In this document: one piece after another, positions 13,300 to 22,158 of the stretch
How positions within the stretch are numbered: position 1 is the first letter of the stretch
Layout of the letters: each line of letters starts with the position of its first letter
Assembly (NCBI GenBank): GCA_963668645.2
Contig: CAXXWC010000021.1
Coordinates: forward strand, 1,120,001-1,184,000
Origin: Desulfobacterales bacterium
GTDB lineage: Bacteria; Desulfobacterota; Desulfobacteria; Desulfobacterales; UBA2174
Reading direction: 5' to 3'
DNA: 64,000 bases
Program-made: the position numbers and the translations under genes
Notes under the pieces: generated by a model
What the model was told of the DNA's origin: nothing
The model's input: only the letters and a program-made list of their open reading frames with translations
Databases searched by the model: none

Positions 13300-14172
13300 T
13301 CAGAGGGGATAGGGTGTAAGGCTTTCCACCCCGTCGGCTGTCACCAGACAGGTTTGTTCGAACTGGGCCGATAGGCTCCCGTCTTCGGTCACCGCCGTCC
13401 ACTGATTGTCCAGGATGTAAAGCTGCCGTTTGCCCAGGTTGATCATCGGTTCGATGGTAAAGACCATCCCGGGCACCAGGGGCACCCCGCTTCCGGGCCG
13501 GCCGTAGTGGAGAATCTGCGGCGGCTCGTGAAAGTCGAAACCCACCCCGTGGCCGACGAATTCGCGCACCACGCTGCAGCCCTGGTTCTCGGCATAACTC
13601 TGTATGGCCCAGCCGATATCCCCTGTTGTGGCTCCGGGACGCACCACCTCCATTCCCCTTCGCAGGCATTCTTGCGCCACGGCTACAATCTTGCGCGCCT
13701 GGACATCGGGCTCGCCCACGAAAAAGGTCTGATTTGTATCGGCGTAATACCCGTCGAGAATCGGCGTGACGTCCACGTTGACGATATCGCCGGATTCCAG
13801 GATCCGCGGACCGGGAATCCCATGGCAGATCTCGTCGTTGACCGACACGCAGACACTCTTGGGAAACCCTCGATAGTTCAGGGGCGCAGGAGTGGCCCCG
13901 TTTGCCAGGGTAAACTCGTGCACCAGGGTGTTGATCTCCTCGGTGGTGATTCCCGGCCGCAGTGCGGCGGCAACCATCTCCAAGGTCGAAACCGCCAAGC
14001 GCCCGGCCAGACGGATTTTTTCAACATCCTCGGGCCCCTTCAGGCGGATCTTGTACTGTCGCAAGTAGCGCTCCTTGAGATCCTCGGCCCCTGCCGGGGC
14101 TTTTCCGAAACAGCATTTTTTATACTTCAGCCCGCTGCCGCAAGGGCATGGGTCGTTGCGACCGATCTTCAT
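13300..14172 (-). CDS. map: Type I methionine aminopeptidase with N-terminal SEC-C motif
   Basis: [69 protein letters not shown]. Start 14172 (ATG) or 14202 (GTG). Confidence 0.95.
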   Translation of the reverse strand: MKIGRNDPCPCGSGLKYKKCCFGKAPAGAEDLKERYLRQYKIRLKGPEDVEKIRLAGRLAVSTLEMVAAALRPGITTEEINTLVHEFTLANGATPAPLNYRGFPKSVCVSVNDEICHGIPGPRILESGDIVNVDVTPILDGYYADTNQTFFVGEPDVQARKIVAVAQECLRRGMEVVRPGATTGDIGWAIQSYAENQGCSVVREFVGHGVGFDFHEPPQILHYGRPGSGVPLVPGMVFTIEPMINLGKRQLYILDNQWTAVTEDGSLSAQFEQTCLVTADGVESLTPYPL

Positions 14173-14340
14173 GGCATCAATCCGGATAGCACCTGTTCCC
14201 ACCTGAACTCAATCTGTTGAACGCCGCGCAGTTACGCTTGGAGCGGCTGGGAAAAATTACCCGCCCCCGCGCGTCGCAACCTGTCGTCGCCACGGTATCC
14301 ACTGGCCGGGAGGCTGTCAAGGTGAAAGCCCTGTTTTACG

Positions 14341-15567
14341 TCAGATAGTGAAACGCTGTGTTTCGGCCGGTGCGACACAGTGGGTGGATGATTTTAAGGA
14401 GACCAACTGGGACTGGGCCAACGCCAGTTTGGCATCTATGGCTTGATCGTTTTGTGAAGGATTGTGGTGATAGAGGTAGAGGGTTTTGACCCCTGCCTCG
14501 TGTGCCCAGGCCACCACACTGCTCACCGAGGAATGGCCCCAGCCGACCTTGGTGAGATATTCGGTATCCGTGTAGGTGCAGTCGGTGATCAGGGCGTCCG
14601 CGCCTTGAACAAATTCGGTAATCTTTGCCAGATACTGCGGATCGTGTTGCGCCATGGTGGTCGGAAAAATCTCGTGGTCGGTCATGTAACATACCGAACG
14701 TCCATGATAATCGAGACGGTACCCCAGGCAAAATCCAGGGTGTTTGAGCAGTATGGTGCGAATTTTAATCGCATCGATCTCAATGGTTTCCTCATGAAGA
14801 TCGCGGAAATTGACATCAGCGGCGAAGGTTTTGATATTTATCGGAAAGTAGACGCCGTCCATCTGCCCGGCGATCAACTCCCGCATGCCGATGCTCCCGT
14901 GGGCCGGCCCCCAGATACGGACGCGGTGGCCAGGTTTGTATAGCGGGTCAAAAAACGGCAACCCGTTGATATGGTCCCAGTGGGGATGCGAAATAAAGAT
15001 ACGGATGTCTTTGGGTATCCCGCAATCCATTAATTGGTCGGACAGGACTTTGATGCCTGTACCGGCATCAAAAATCAGAAAAATCCCCCTTGCCAGCATG
15101 AGGCTGACGCAATTGGTGTTGCCGCCGTAACGCACGGTGGCGGATCCGGGAACAGGCAAGGTCCCGTGAACCCCCCAAAAGGTCAATTGAATGCGGTCCT
15201 GGAAGATGCGCAGCACCTCGGCACAAAAATGGTCCGGATCCACGGGCTTGACGATGAAGCCAGCCGCACCTAGTTCCAGGGCCTGATAGTGGTCGGCATC
15301 GTAGGCCTTGCCGGAGACCACGATGATGCGCACATCTTGAAGCGATGGTTCGGCACGTATCTGGCGCACGAGGCCCAGCCAGTCAAAATCGGGCATCGTC
15401 ATGTCCAGCAGCACACAGTCAGGCCGCTGAGTGATGATCTGCGTCAGGGCATGCTCGGGGGATGTCGTGCCCGTCACGCTCGCGGCCAAAGGCGCCAGAT
15501 AGGTGGCATACAGGGCCAGCGCGCTGCGATCCTTGTTGAGAATGAAAAACCTTATCTGGCTGGCCAT
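14341..15567 (-). CDS. Receiver domain fused to MBL-fold metallo-hydrolase
   Basis: REC: PDCVLLDMTMP ... FIVKP. MBL: FWGVHGTLP, YGGNTNC, FDAGTGI, SHPHWDHING, TDHE, GWGHS, YHHNP. Confidence 0.88.
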   Translation of the reverse strand: MASQIRFFILNKDRSALALYATYLAPLAASVTGTTSPEHALTQIITQRPDCVLLDMTMPDFDWLGLVRQIRAEPSLQDVRIIVVSGKAYDADHYQALELGAAGFIVKPVDPDHFCAEVLRIFQDRIQLTFWGVHGTLPVPGSATVRYGGNTNCVSLMLARGIFLIFDAGTGIKVLSDQLMDCGIPKDIRIFISHPHWDHINGLPFFDPLYKPGHRVRIWGPAHGSIGMRELIAGQMDGVYFPINIKTFAADVNFRDLHEETIEIDAIKIRTILLKHPGFCLGYRLDYHGRSVCYMTDHEIFPTTMAQHDPQYLAKITEFVQGADALITDCTYTDTEYLTKVGWGHSSVSSVVAWAHEAGVKTLYLYHHNPSQNDQAIDAKLALAQSQLVSLKSSTHCVAPAETQRFTI

Positions 15568-16090
15568 ACTCCCCCCACTCGGACGGCGGGTCTTGGGTTG
15601 ATGGAGCGCGGGGATGTTCACCAGCGGGGCGTATTGCGCCACCACGGGCAATAGATGCTTAACAACCGGTTCTTTATTTAACTAAGCCAAAGGTACGATG
15701 CTGTCAATCCGAAAGGCCTCGGACAACCCCGCGGCCAGAAAAATATCCTGCGGCCTCAGCGCTGCCTGGGTCTGGGATGAATGGAGCAAAGCAGGGCAAA
15801 AGGCCAAGAGGTAATGGCTTCGAAAAAAAAACCGACCATGATCAGTACCACTGTCAATGGCAGCTTGAGCAGGTACCACTGGATTTGGGTTGCGATCTGG
15901 TGGTTCGAAAAATTCAGTTTTTGCATACCGATAACTGAAGCCTCCTAAATGTTGCCATCAATACCAGTTGCACCTAAGCAATTTTTACACGTTCACCAGC
16001 CAAGCGATGGTGGATTCGATTAACACGCCAACCGGCCAAAGGCAAGCCAGAGTTCGCCGTTGCAGTAATCGACGCTGGGTCCCATTTCGC

Positions 16091-16975
16091 TCAGGCGCCT
16101 TCTTTTCTTATGGTATTTACTACGACCTGTATACAGGCTTCCCGCAACACTGGATCCAAATGATTGCCCGGCAAATCGATACAGGGTACGGATGGCAGCG
16201 CATGGTGGAAAAAATCTCTTGTTTTATCGGCCGATACGAGGGTATCCCGCCGACTGAGGAAGACGAGCAACCGCCGGCCCTCCCGTAGCACGAGGCGACG
16301 CGCCGCCGGTCTCAAGTCACAGGTGACGATATCGGCCACTTCTTTTATGGTGCGGATCGGGTTGGCAATGGTTTTGATCAAAAGAGTGCGCAATCCAACC
16401 ATTACCCGGCGGCAGTCACCCTTTAATACTTCATCAGTCCCTTCATAACTCTTGAGTTTTCTGCGATTATGGTAATAATCACGTAAAATAAAGAGGAACA
16501 CAAAACGGAGGCAATGGGCGAAAAATCCCCGGGTATTGCCAAAACCGGAAGGGTTGATAAGCGTTATCGTCCCGATACGCGGGAAAGATGTCGCAGGATG
16601 ACCGTCGAAGACCCGAACCACTTCCTGAGCCGCATAGGAATGGGCCACCACGTCGAGATCTGTGATACCGAAGTTTTTATAAAGGCTCTCTACGAAATGG
16701 TTCAGGGTTGCTGGTCTCTCAATCGCAGGCCTTACAAAAAAAGACAGCGGGCCGCCAATAAAACGCTCAACCGCGGCGACGTCTCCCCCTCTTTGCAGAG
16801 CACTGTTGATAAAATAGCTTACATCCGAGGTTTGAGTGCTAGTCCCTGTCAAGACTAGCAGGCAACGATGGCATATACTGTCGGTCGAAGAAAATATTAC
16901 ACCTTGGTAGCGCGTGCATCGCGGCCGGCCTCTAACCACAATCTCACAATCATTTATTATCGTAGATATATTCAT
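16091..16975 (-). CDS. Alpha/beta-fold hydrolase
   Basis: Nucleophile elbow VVAHSYA, ITLINPSG, candidate Asp (RDTLV) and His (PGNHL). AT-rich. Start uncertain (16975 or 17002). Confidence 0.65.
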   Translation of the reverse strand: MNISTIINDCEIVVRGRPRCTRYQGVIFSSTDSICHRCLLVLTGTSTQTSDVSYFINSALQRGGDVAAVERFIGGPLSFFVRPAIERPATLNHFVESLYKNFGITDLDVVAHSYAAQEVVRVFDGHPATSFPRIGTITLINPSGFGNTRGFFAHCLRFVFLFILRDYYHNRRKLKSYEGTDEVLKGDCRRVMVGLRTLLIKTIANPIRTIKEVADIVTCDLRPAARRLVLREGRRLLVFLSRRDTLVSADKTRDFFHHALPSVPCIDLPGNHLDPVLREACIQVVVNTIRKEGA

Positions 16976-17541
16976 ATAGAAAGGAGTAAATTGTGGGGTC
17001 ACGGTTTGTCATCTTAGTCCTTCTTAAGAAATCCGGACCAGAAAACCTTCTGCCGTCAAGCTATGACTCGATTCCCCCTTTCTCGTAGTGCCCCTATGGC
17101 CGAGTCCGAATAGCATAGCACTTCACAATAAATCAAGTCTTTCGGAACAATCGCAAAATCACTTACCAACAACAATAATATATCTATATTTCATAACCTT
17201 ACCAAGCATCACTCCACAGCAATATGGCGCTGCGAAGATTGTGAAAATTTGGCATTTCCATTTCCATCTGACTCCAGGCCGATATTATTTTGTTTCCCCT
17301 TTTAATTCAAATAGTTAATCGCGCACCAAATGTCAACAGGGTTCCAGAAGAGAGAAAAAATCAATTATCCTTTGTTGAAACACTCTAAAATGATATATAG
17401 AGTACCGTTCACCGTTGCGGGATTCTTTCGTTGCGTTGGACACGAGGTTGGGGGCGTCAAGACATTGATGTCAAAAATCATAAACGGTGAAAATAGAGCA
17501 TAGCCGAAAGGCAAACGGAACACGAGAAAGGCTTGCAGCTA

Positions 17542-19014
17542 ATGCGAATATTGCTGATAAGCGTCACGGGACGGCTACCGATGGATGGATCCCGATTGAT
17601 ATCCGCCCTGCTCAAAAAATCAGGCCACAGAGTGACAAATGTCTATATGGCAAGGCGGCAACCGGAATATGTGAAGAATGAATTCCAAACTTTAGACGCT
17701 CTATTACGCCGGTGCGATCTTGTCATGATCGCTGTCTACAGCAGCTATGCAGCCCGCGCAGTTGCACTTACGGATTACATCCATTGCAAATACCCCGGGG
17801 TTATGGTCGCCTGGGGAGGCCCTCACTGCATCTCCGTCCCCCAGATATGCCTAAGGCATGCCGATGCGGTCTGTTTTTCTGAGGGAGACCAAGCAGTGCC
17901 TGAATTCGTTGAAAAAATCTCGATCGGAAAGGATTACACAGACACACCGAATATGGCTTTCAAGATCGGTAACCGTATCCAAGTCAACAAAGTGTTACCT
18001 CCTTTTGACGCGCTGGATCAATTGCCATATTATGACTACGGTTTCGATGATCAATTCGTATTAGATAGAGATCTATTACCCATAGATCGAGAAACCATGA
18101 AAGAGATGATGCGCCAATATCCATTTTATCTACCGGCGCTTTTCTTTCTTACATCGCGTGGATGCCCTCACCAGTGCAGCTACTGCAACAACAACCGTTT
18201 TGTATCACTTTTTGGGAAAAACAGGATTCGATTCTACTCTCCAGAAAGAGTCATAAATGAACTCAAGACGATTCTATCAGGACTCGATTTCGTTGAATTT
18301 ATAGGCTTTGGTGATGATGATTTTATGGCAAGAAATGAAGAAGAAATACATGCTATCGTTCAAAGGTTTAAAAAAGAAATAGGACTTCCATTTGGCGTGG
18401 CCGCAAGCGCAAATACATTCCATAAAAGAAAGTTCGAGATTCTTATGGACCATGGCATGGTGGCTTTCAACATGGGAATCCAGTCTGGTAGCCCACGTGT
18501 TTTAAAAGAGATCTATAATCGCCCTATAAGCCTGAAACGAACTCGATCCATAATTAACAATATCAAGCCATACAACCGTTCCGGGAAGATAACAATCGTC
18601 CTAGATTTCATAATTGACAATCCTTATGAGACGAGTGAAGACATTCTGGCAACTTTCCATTATCTACTCGACCTGCCTGCCCGCATCAAACCTAATCTTT
18701 TCTTTTTATCCTTTTTCCCTGGAACCCCAATTTACGAAAGGGCCATCAAAGATGGCTATATCCAATCAGATGATGATTCTCACTACCGTTCTTTTACCCG
18801 AAGCCGAATTCGCTACCAGAAGAATTACGAAACTTTTCTCGTTCTTTTAGTTCGCTTCGCAAAACTAAAGCCAAAGTTTGAAAGACTACCAAAATCTTTT
18901 TTCCTCTTTCTTGCAAGCCGTCCGGTGCGCTGCTTTGCAAAATATCTACCCAGTATTTTTTATGAAAAAGCAATAAACCGGCTGGTAGTATCCAAAGCTC
19001 AGATCAAAAAATAA
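17542..19014 (+). CDS. B12-binding domain radical SAM protein
   Basis: N-terminal cobalamin-binding-like region (WGGPH, SEGD); TSRGCPHQCSYC (CxxxCxxC); GDDDF; GIQSGS; FFPGTPIY. AT-rich. Confidence 0.9.
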   Translation: MRILLISVTGRLPMDGSRLISALLKKSGHRVTNVYMARRQPEYVKNEFQTLDALLRRCDLVMIAVYSSYAARAVALTDYIHCKYPGVMVAWGGPHCISVPQICLRHADAVCFSEGDQAVPEFVEKISIGKDYTDTPNMAFKIGNRIQVNKVLPPFDALDQLPYYDYGFDDQFVLDRDLLPIDRETMKEMMRQYPFYLPALFFLTSRGCPHQCSYCNNNRFVSLFGKNRIRFYSPERVINELKTILSGLDFVEFIGFGDDDFMARNEEEIHAIVQRFKKEIGLPFGVAASANTFHKRKFEILMDHGMVAFNMGIQSGSPRVLKEIYNRPISLKRTRSIINNIKPYNRSGKITIVLDFIIDNPYETSEDILATFHYLLDLPARIKPNLFFLSFFPGTPIYERAIKDGYIQSDDDSHYRSFTRSRIRYQKNYETFLVLLVRFAKLKPKFERLPKSFFLFLASRPVRCFAKYLPSIFYEKAINRLVVSKAQIKK

Positions 19015-19101
19015 ATGGGATAAAATAGCTACCAATATTAAAAAATATATTTAAAACAGAAACACCTGTCTGACCATTCATCTAAGTCACAAAGGCGGTT
19101 T

Positions 19102-22100
19102 TTGATGAAAAAAAGATTCGCCCAAAATTTTTCAACTATCACCACTGATAAAGAGACAGTGGGACTCAATCATAATGCGCAAAGTCCATCCCCTCCTCCA
19201 TCCCCTGATCAAGCTGACCAGATCCCAATCTATAACAGTCGTTTGATTATGGTATGGTTAGAATATCTTGAGGAATCCTATCCTGATATAAACATAGACA
19301 ATCTTCTGTACCAATCCGATATTACGCGATTGGAAGTCCAAGATCCCGGCGTGTGGTTTAATCAGAAACAAGTTGACAGTTTCGCCCTGGCAGCTGTCGA
19401 TGCAACGAAGAATCCACAAATTGCACGGCTTGCAGGGCGGCATATCATTGTCTGCAAAAGTGTCCAACCAGTGCGACAACTAACAATAGGCCTTCTTAGC
19501 ATGAGTACGGTTTATCTTCTAATCTCAAAATTATCTGAAGTGCTGAGTAGGGGCACAGAAGTGCGTACTCGCCGTTTAGGATCTAATAAGATCGAAATTA
19601 TCAGCAGGCCAAAACCCGGATTTGGAGAAAAAGCTTACCAATGTGAAAATCGCATTGGCTGTTACGAATCAATCGGTCGCCTTTTCACCGACTCATTTGC
19701 TCAAGTCGAACACCCTGAATGTCTTCACCGAGGTGGACGCTATTGCCGCTACACCGTTTCCTGGCAAAAAATCCCTTGGATATTTTTTCAGCAAGTTCGC
19801 AACTGGATTAGCATAGCAGGAATTTTATCACTGATAATACTCATCCCGGTAATCACGGTAGACTTTTGGCTTGGAGCCGCTTTCTTTTGGTCAGCTTTAA
19901 TCGGATCAATAGCTTATCTATCTGAAAGGGTACGCGCACAATACTACGTAAGCACACTTAAGGCACAAAGCGAACTGGCAAGTGACAACATAAATGCAAT
20001 GGATGCTCGTTTCAATAACGCAATGATGGTGCAAGAAATTGGTCAAGCGACTGCAACGCTAAAGACCGAAATTGAATTGGTAGAAGTAGCATCTGAAATC
20101 ATGAAGGACAGATCAGAATACGACCGGGCTCTTATCATGCTAGCCGACAGTGAAGGCCAGTATCTAAGCTATGCCGCCGGTTTTGGTTATGACGATGCAA
20201 GTCGCCATCAACTGATGAAAACATCTTTCCATTTAAACCGCCCAGATTCCAAAGGGATTTTTGTCCAAGCGTTCAGAGAAAAGCAACCGATTTTAGTACA
20301 AAACATGGATGAAATTGTTCACGGGTTTTCAGAACGCAGCAGGAACTTGGCAAAAGCTTTGGCCGGCAAATCAATCATCTGCGTACCCATCGCCTACGAA
20401 GAACAGGCCTTGGGAATCATTGCGATTGACAATAGTTGCAGTGAACGCCCGCTGACGCAAAGCGACGTAAGTCTCCTGATGGGGGTCGCCTGGCAATTGG
20501 CCGTCGGCATCATCAATACCCGCGCGTTCAAGCAGATCAAGGAAAGTGAAAAGAAATACCGTGACGTTGTGGAAAGCGCCAGCAGCATCATCATCAGAAT
20601 CGATTCCGGAGGGGGGATCGTCTTTTCAAATCGTTTTGCCCAAAGACTTTTCGGACTCAGCCAGAAGGAGCTTTACGGGCGCAATATCGGAACCGTCCTG
20701 GAACCGGAAGGCGTAAAACCGTGGGACTGGCGCGCCACTTTGAACAGGATCATCGCCAATGGCAACCCGATTCCCCAAGTTGAAGAAACCGTCTATCGTC
20801 TTGCGGACGGACGACAGATTTGGATCGCGTGGACTTTTCAACCCATTTTCAGTGACAAAGGCATACTAAAGGAAGTTTTGTGCATCGGCAACGACGTCTC
20901 CCAGTTGATGCAGACCCAGGAAGAAAAAGCTGATCTCGAGATGCAACTGCTGCGCGCTCAAAAGATGGAGGCTCTAGGCACCCTGGCCGGGGGCGTCGCT
21001 CACGATCTGAATAATGTGCTGGCCGGCCTGATCAACTATCCAGAGCTGATGCTGATGCAAATGCCGTCGGACAGCCCCTGGCGGCGGTATGTGGAAGGGA
21101 TCAAAAAAAGCGGCGAAAAAGCCGCCGCGATTGTCCAGGATCTGCTCACCCTGGCCCGGCGTAACGTGGTCAACAAAGACGTTGTCAATCTGAATACAAT
21201 AGTGACCGAATACATAGAAAGCCCGGAATACGAACGCCTCAGACAGCACCACCCCGGCGCCAACATTGTTACACGCCTTGAAAAGGATCTGCAAGACATT
21301 CAAGGAGCACCGATCCATCTTTCGAAGGCCCTGATGAACCTGGTAACCAACGCGATAGAAGCTTTGGACGGACGTCCCGGGCAGGTTGTGATCACCACCG
21401 AAAAACGGCGGCTTACCAGAGACTTGGTCGGGTATGAGTCGGTGCCTAGCGGCGATTACGTTGTCCTGTCGGTTTCGGATACGGGATGCGGCATCGCAGG
21501 GACGGATTTGCATCGCATTTTCGAGCCGTTCTTCACTAAAAAGCAGATGGGCCGCAGCGGCACGGGGTTGGGGATGGCTGTGGTCTGGGGCGCCATTAAA
21601 GATCATGACGGCCGTATTGACATCCATAGCGCCCCGGGCCGGGGAACCTGCTTTGAGATCTATTTTTTGCCGACAACCCGCAAGTCCGTCGAAATGCCCC
21701 AATTATCCGTTCAAGCATACCGCGGACAGGGAGAAAAAATTCTGGTGGTGGACGACGTTCCCATCCAGTGTGAAATCGCTGAGGAAATCCTCTCCGGTCT
21801 CGGCTACGAGGTCGCCAGTGTCTCCAGCGGGGAAGCGGCGGTGGATTACGTTCGAGCCCATCCGGTGGATCTGATGGTCATCGACATGATTATGGGAGCG
21901 GGCATCGATGGACTGGAAACCTATCGCCGGATCATCGGCCACCGGCCGGGGCAACGGGCCATCATTACAAGCGGATACTCAGAAAATGAAAAAGTCCATC
22001 AGGCCATAGCTCTGGGCGCCGGTGCCTATGTCAAAAAGCCCTATACCATGGAGGGCCTGGGTGAAGCGGTGCGCAAGGAGTTGGACCGTGCGAAGAACCT

Positions 22101-22104
22101 TTAG
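19102..22104 (+). CDS. Hybrid sensor histidine kinase (V4R-like N-terminal domain, 2 TM, GAF, PAS, HisKA, HATPase, REC)
   Basis: QCENRIG...VEHPECLHRGGRYCRYTVSW (V4R-like Cys pattern); hydrophobic helical pair; GAF (ICVPIAYEEQALGIIAID); PAS; H-box GVAHDLNN; NLVTNA, DTGCGI, FFTKK, GTGLG; REC VVDD..IDMIM..KKP. Exact start uncertain. Confidence 0.92.
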   Translation: MMKKRFAQNFSTITTDKETVGLNHNAQSPSPPPSPDQADQIPIYNSRLIMVWLEYLEESYPDINIDNLLYQSDITRLEVQDPGVWFNQKQVDSFALAAVDATKNPQIARLAGRHIIVCKSVQPVRQLTIGLLSMSTVYLLISKLSEVLSRGTEVRTRRLGSNKIEIISRPKPGFGEKAYQCENRIGCYESIGRLFTDSFAQVEHPECLHRGGRYCRYTVSWQKIPWIFFQQVRNWISIAGILSLIILIPVITVDFWLGAAFFWSALIGSIAYLSERVRAQYYVSTLKAQSELASDNINAMDARFNNAMMVQEIGQATATLKTEIELVEVASEIMKDRSEYDRALIMLADSEGQYLSYAAGFGYDDASRHQLMKTSFHLNRPDSKGIFVQAFREKQPILVQNMDEIVHGFSERSRNLAKALAGKSIICVPIAYEEQALGIIAIDNSCSERPLTQSDVSLLMGVAWQLAVGIINTRAFKQIKESEKKYRDVVESASSIIIRIDSGGGIVFSNRFAQRLFGLSQKELYGRNIGTVLEPEGVKPWDWRATLNRIIANGNPIPQVEETVYRLADGRQIWIAWTFQPIFSDKGILKEVLCIGNDVSQLMQTQEEKADLEMQLLRAQKMEALGTLAGGVAHDLNNVLAGLINYPELMLMQMPSDSPWRRYVEGIKKSGEKAAAIVQDLLTLARRNVVNKDVVNLNTIVTEYIESPEYERLRQHHPGANIVTRLEKDLQDIQGAPIHLSKALMNLVTNAIEALDGRPGQVVITTEKRRLTRDLVGYESVPSGDYVVLSVSDTGCGIAGTDLHRIFEPFFTKKQMGRSGTGLGMAVVWGAIKDHDGRIDIHSAPGRGTCFEIYFLPTTRKSVEMPQLSVQAYRGQGEKILVVDDVPIQCEIAEEILSGLGYEVASVSSGEAAVDYVRAHPVDLMVIDMIMGAGIDGLETYRRIIGHRPGQRAIITSGYSENEKVHQAIALGAGAYVKKPYTMEGLGEAVRKELDRAKNL

Positions 22105-22158
22105 AACAGTTGACCATCTGCCAACCCATAACGCCGTTCGAATCGGCCGCATCTGGGT

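Noticed and set aside
17495..17540. GCCGAAAGGC hairpin followed by AAAC, superficially like a c-di-GMP-I riboswitch
   Set aside because: The element order and second stem of the riboswitch consensus are not evident; an Infernal scan would be needed.
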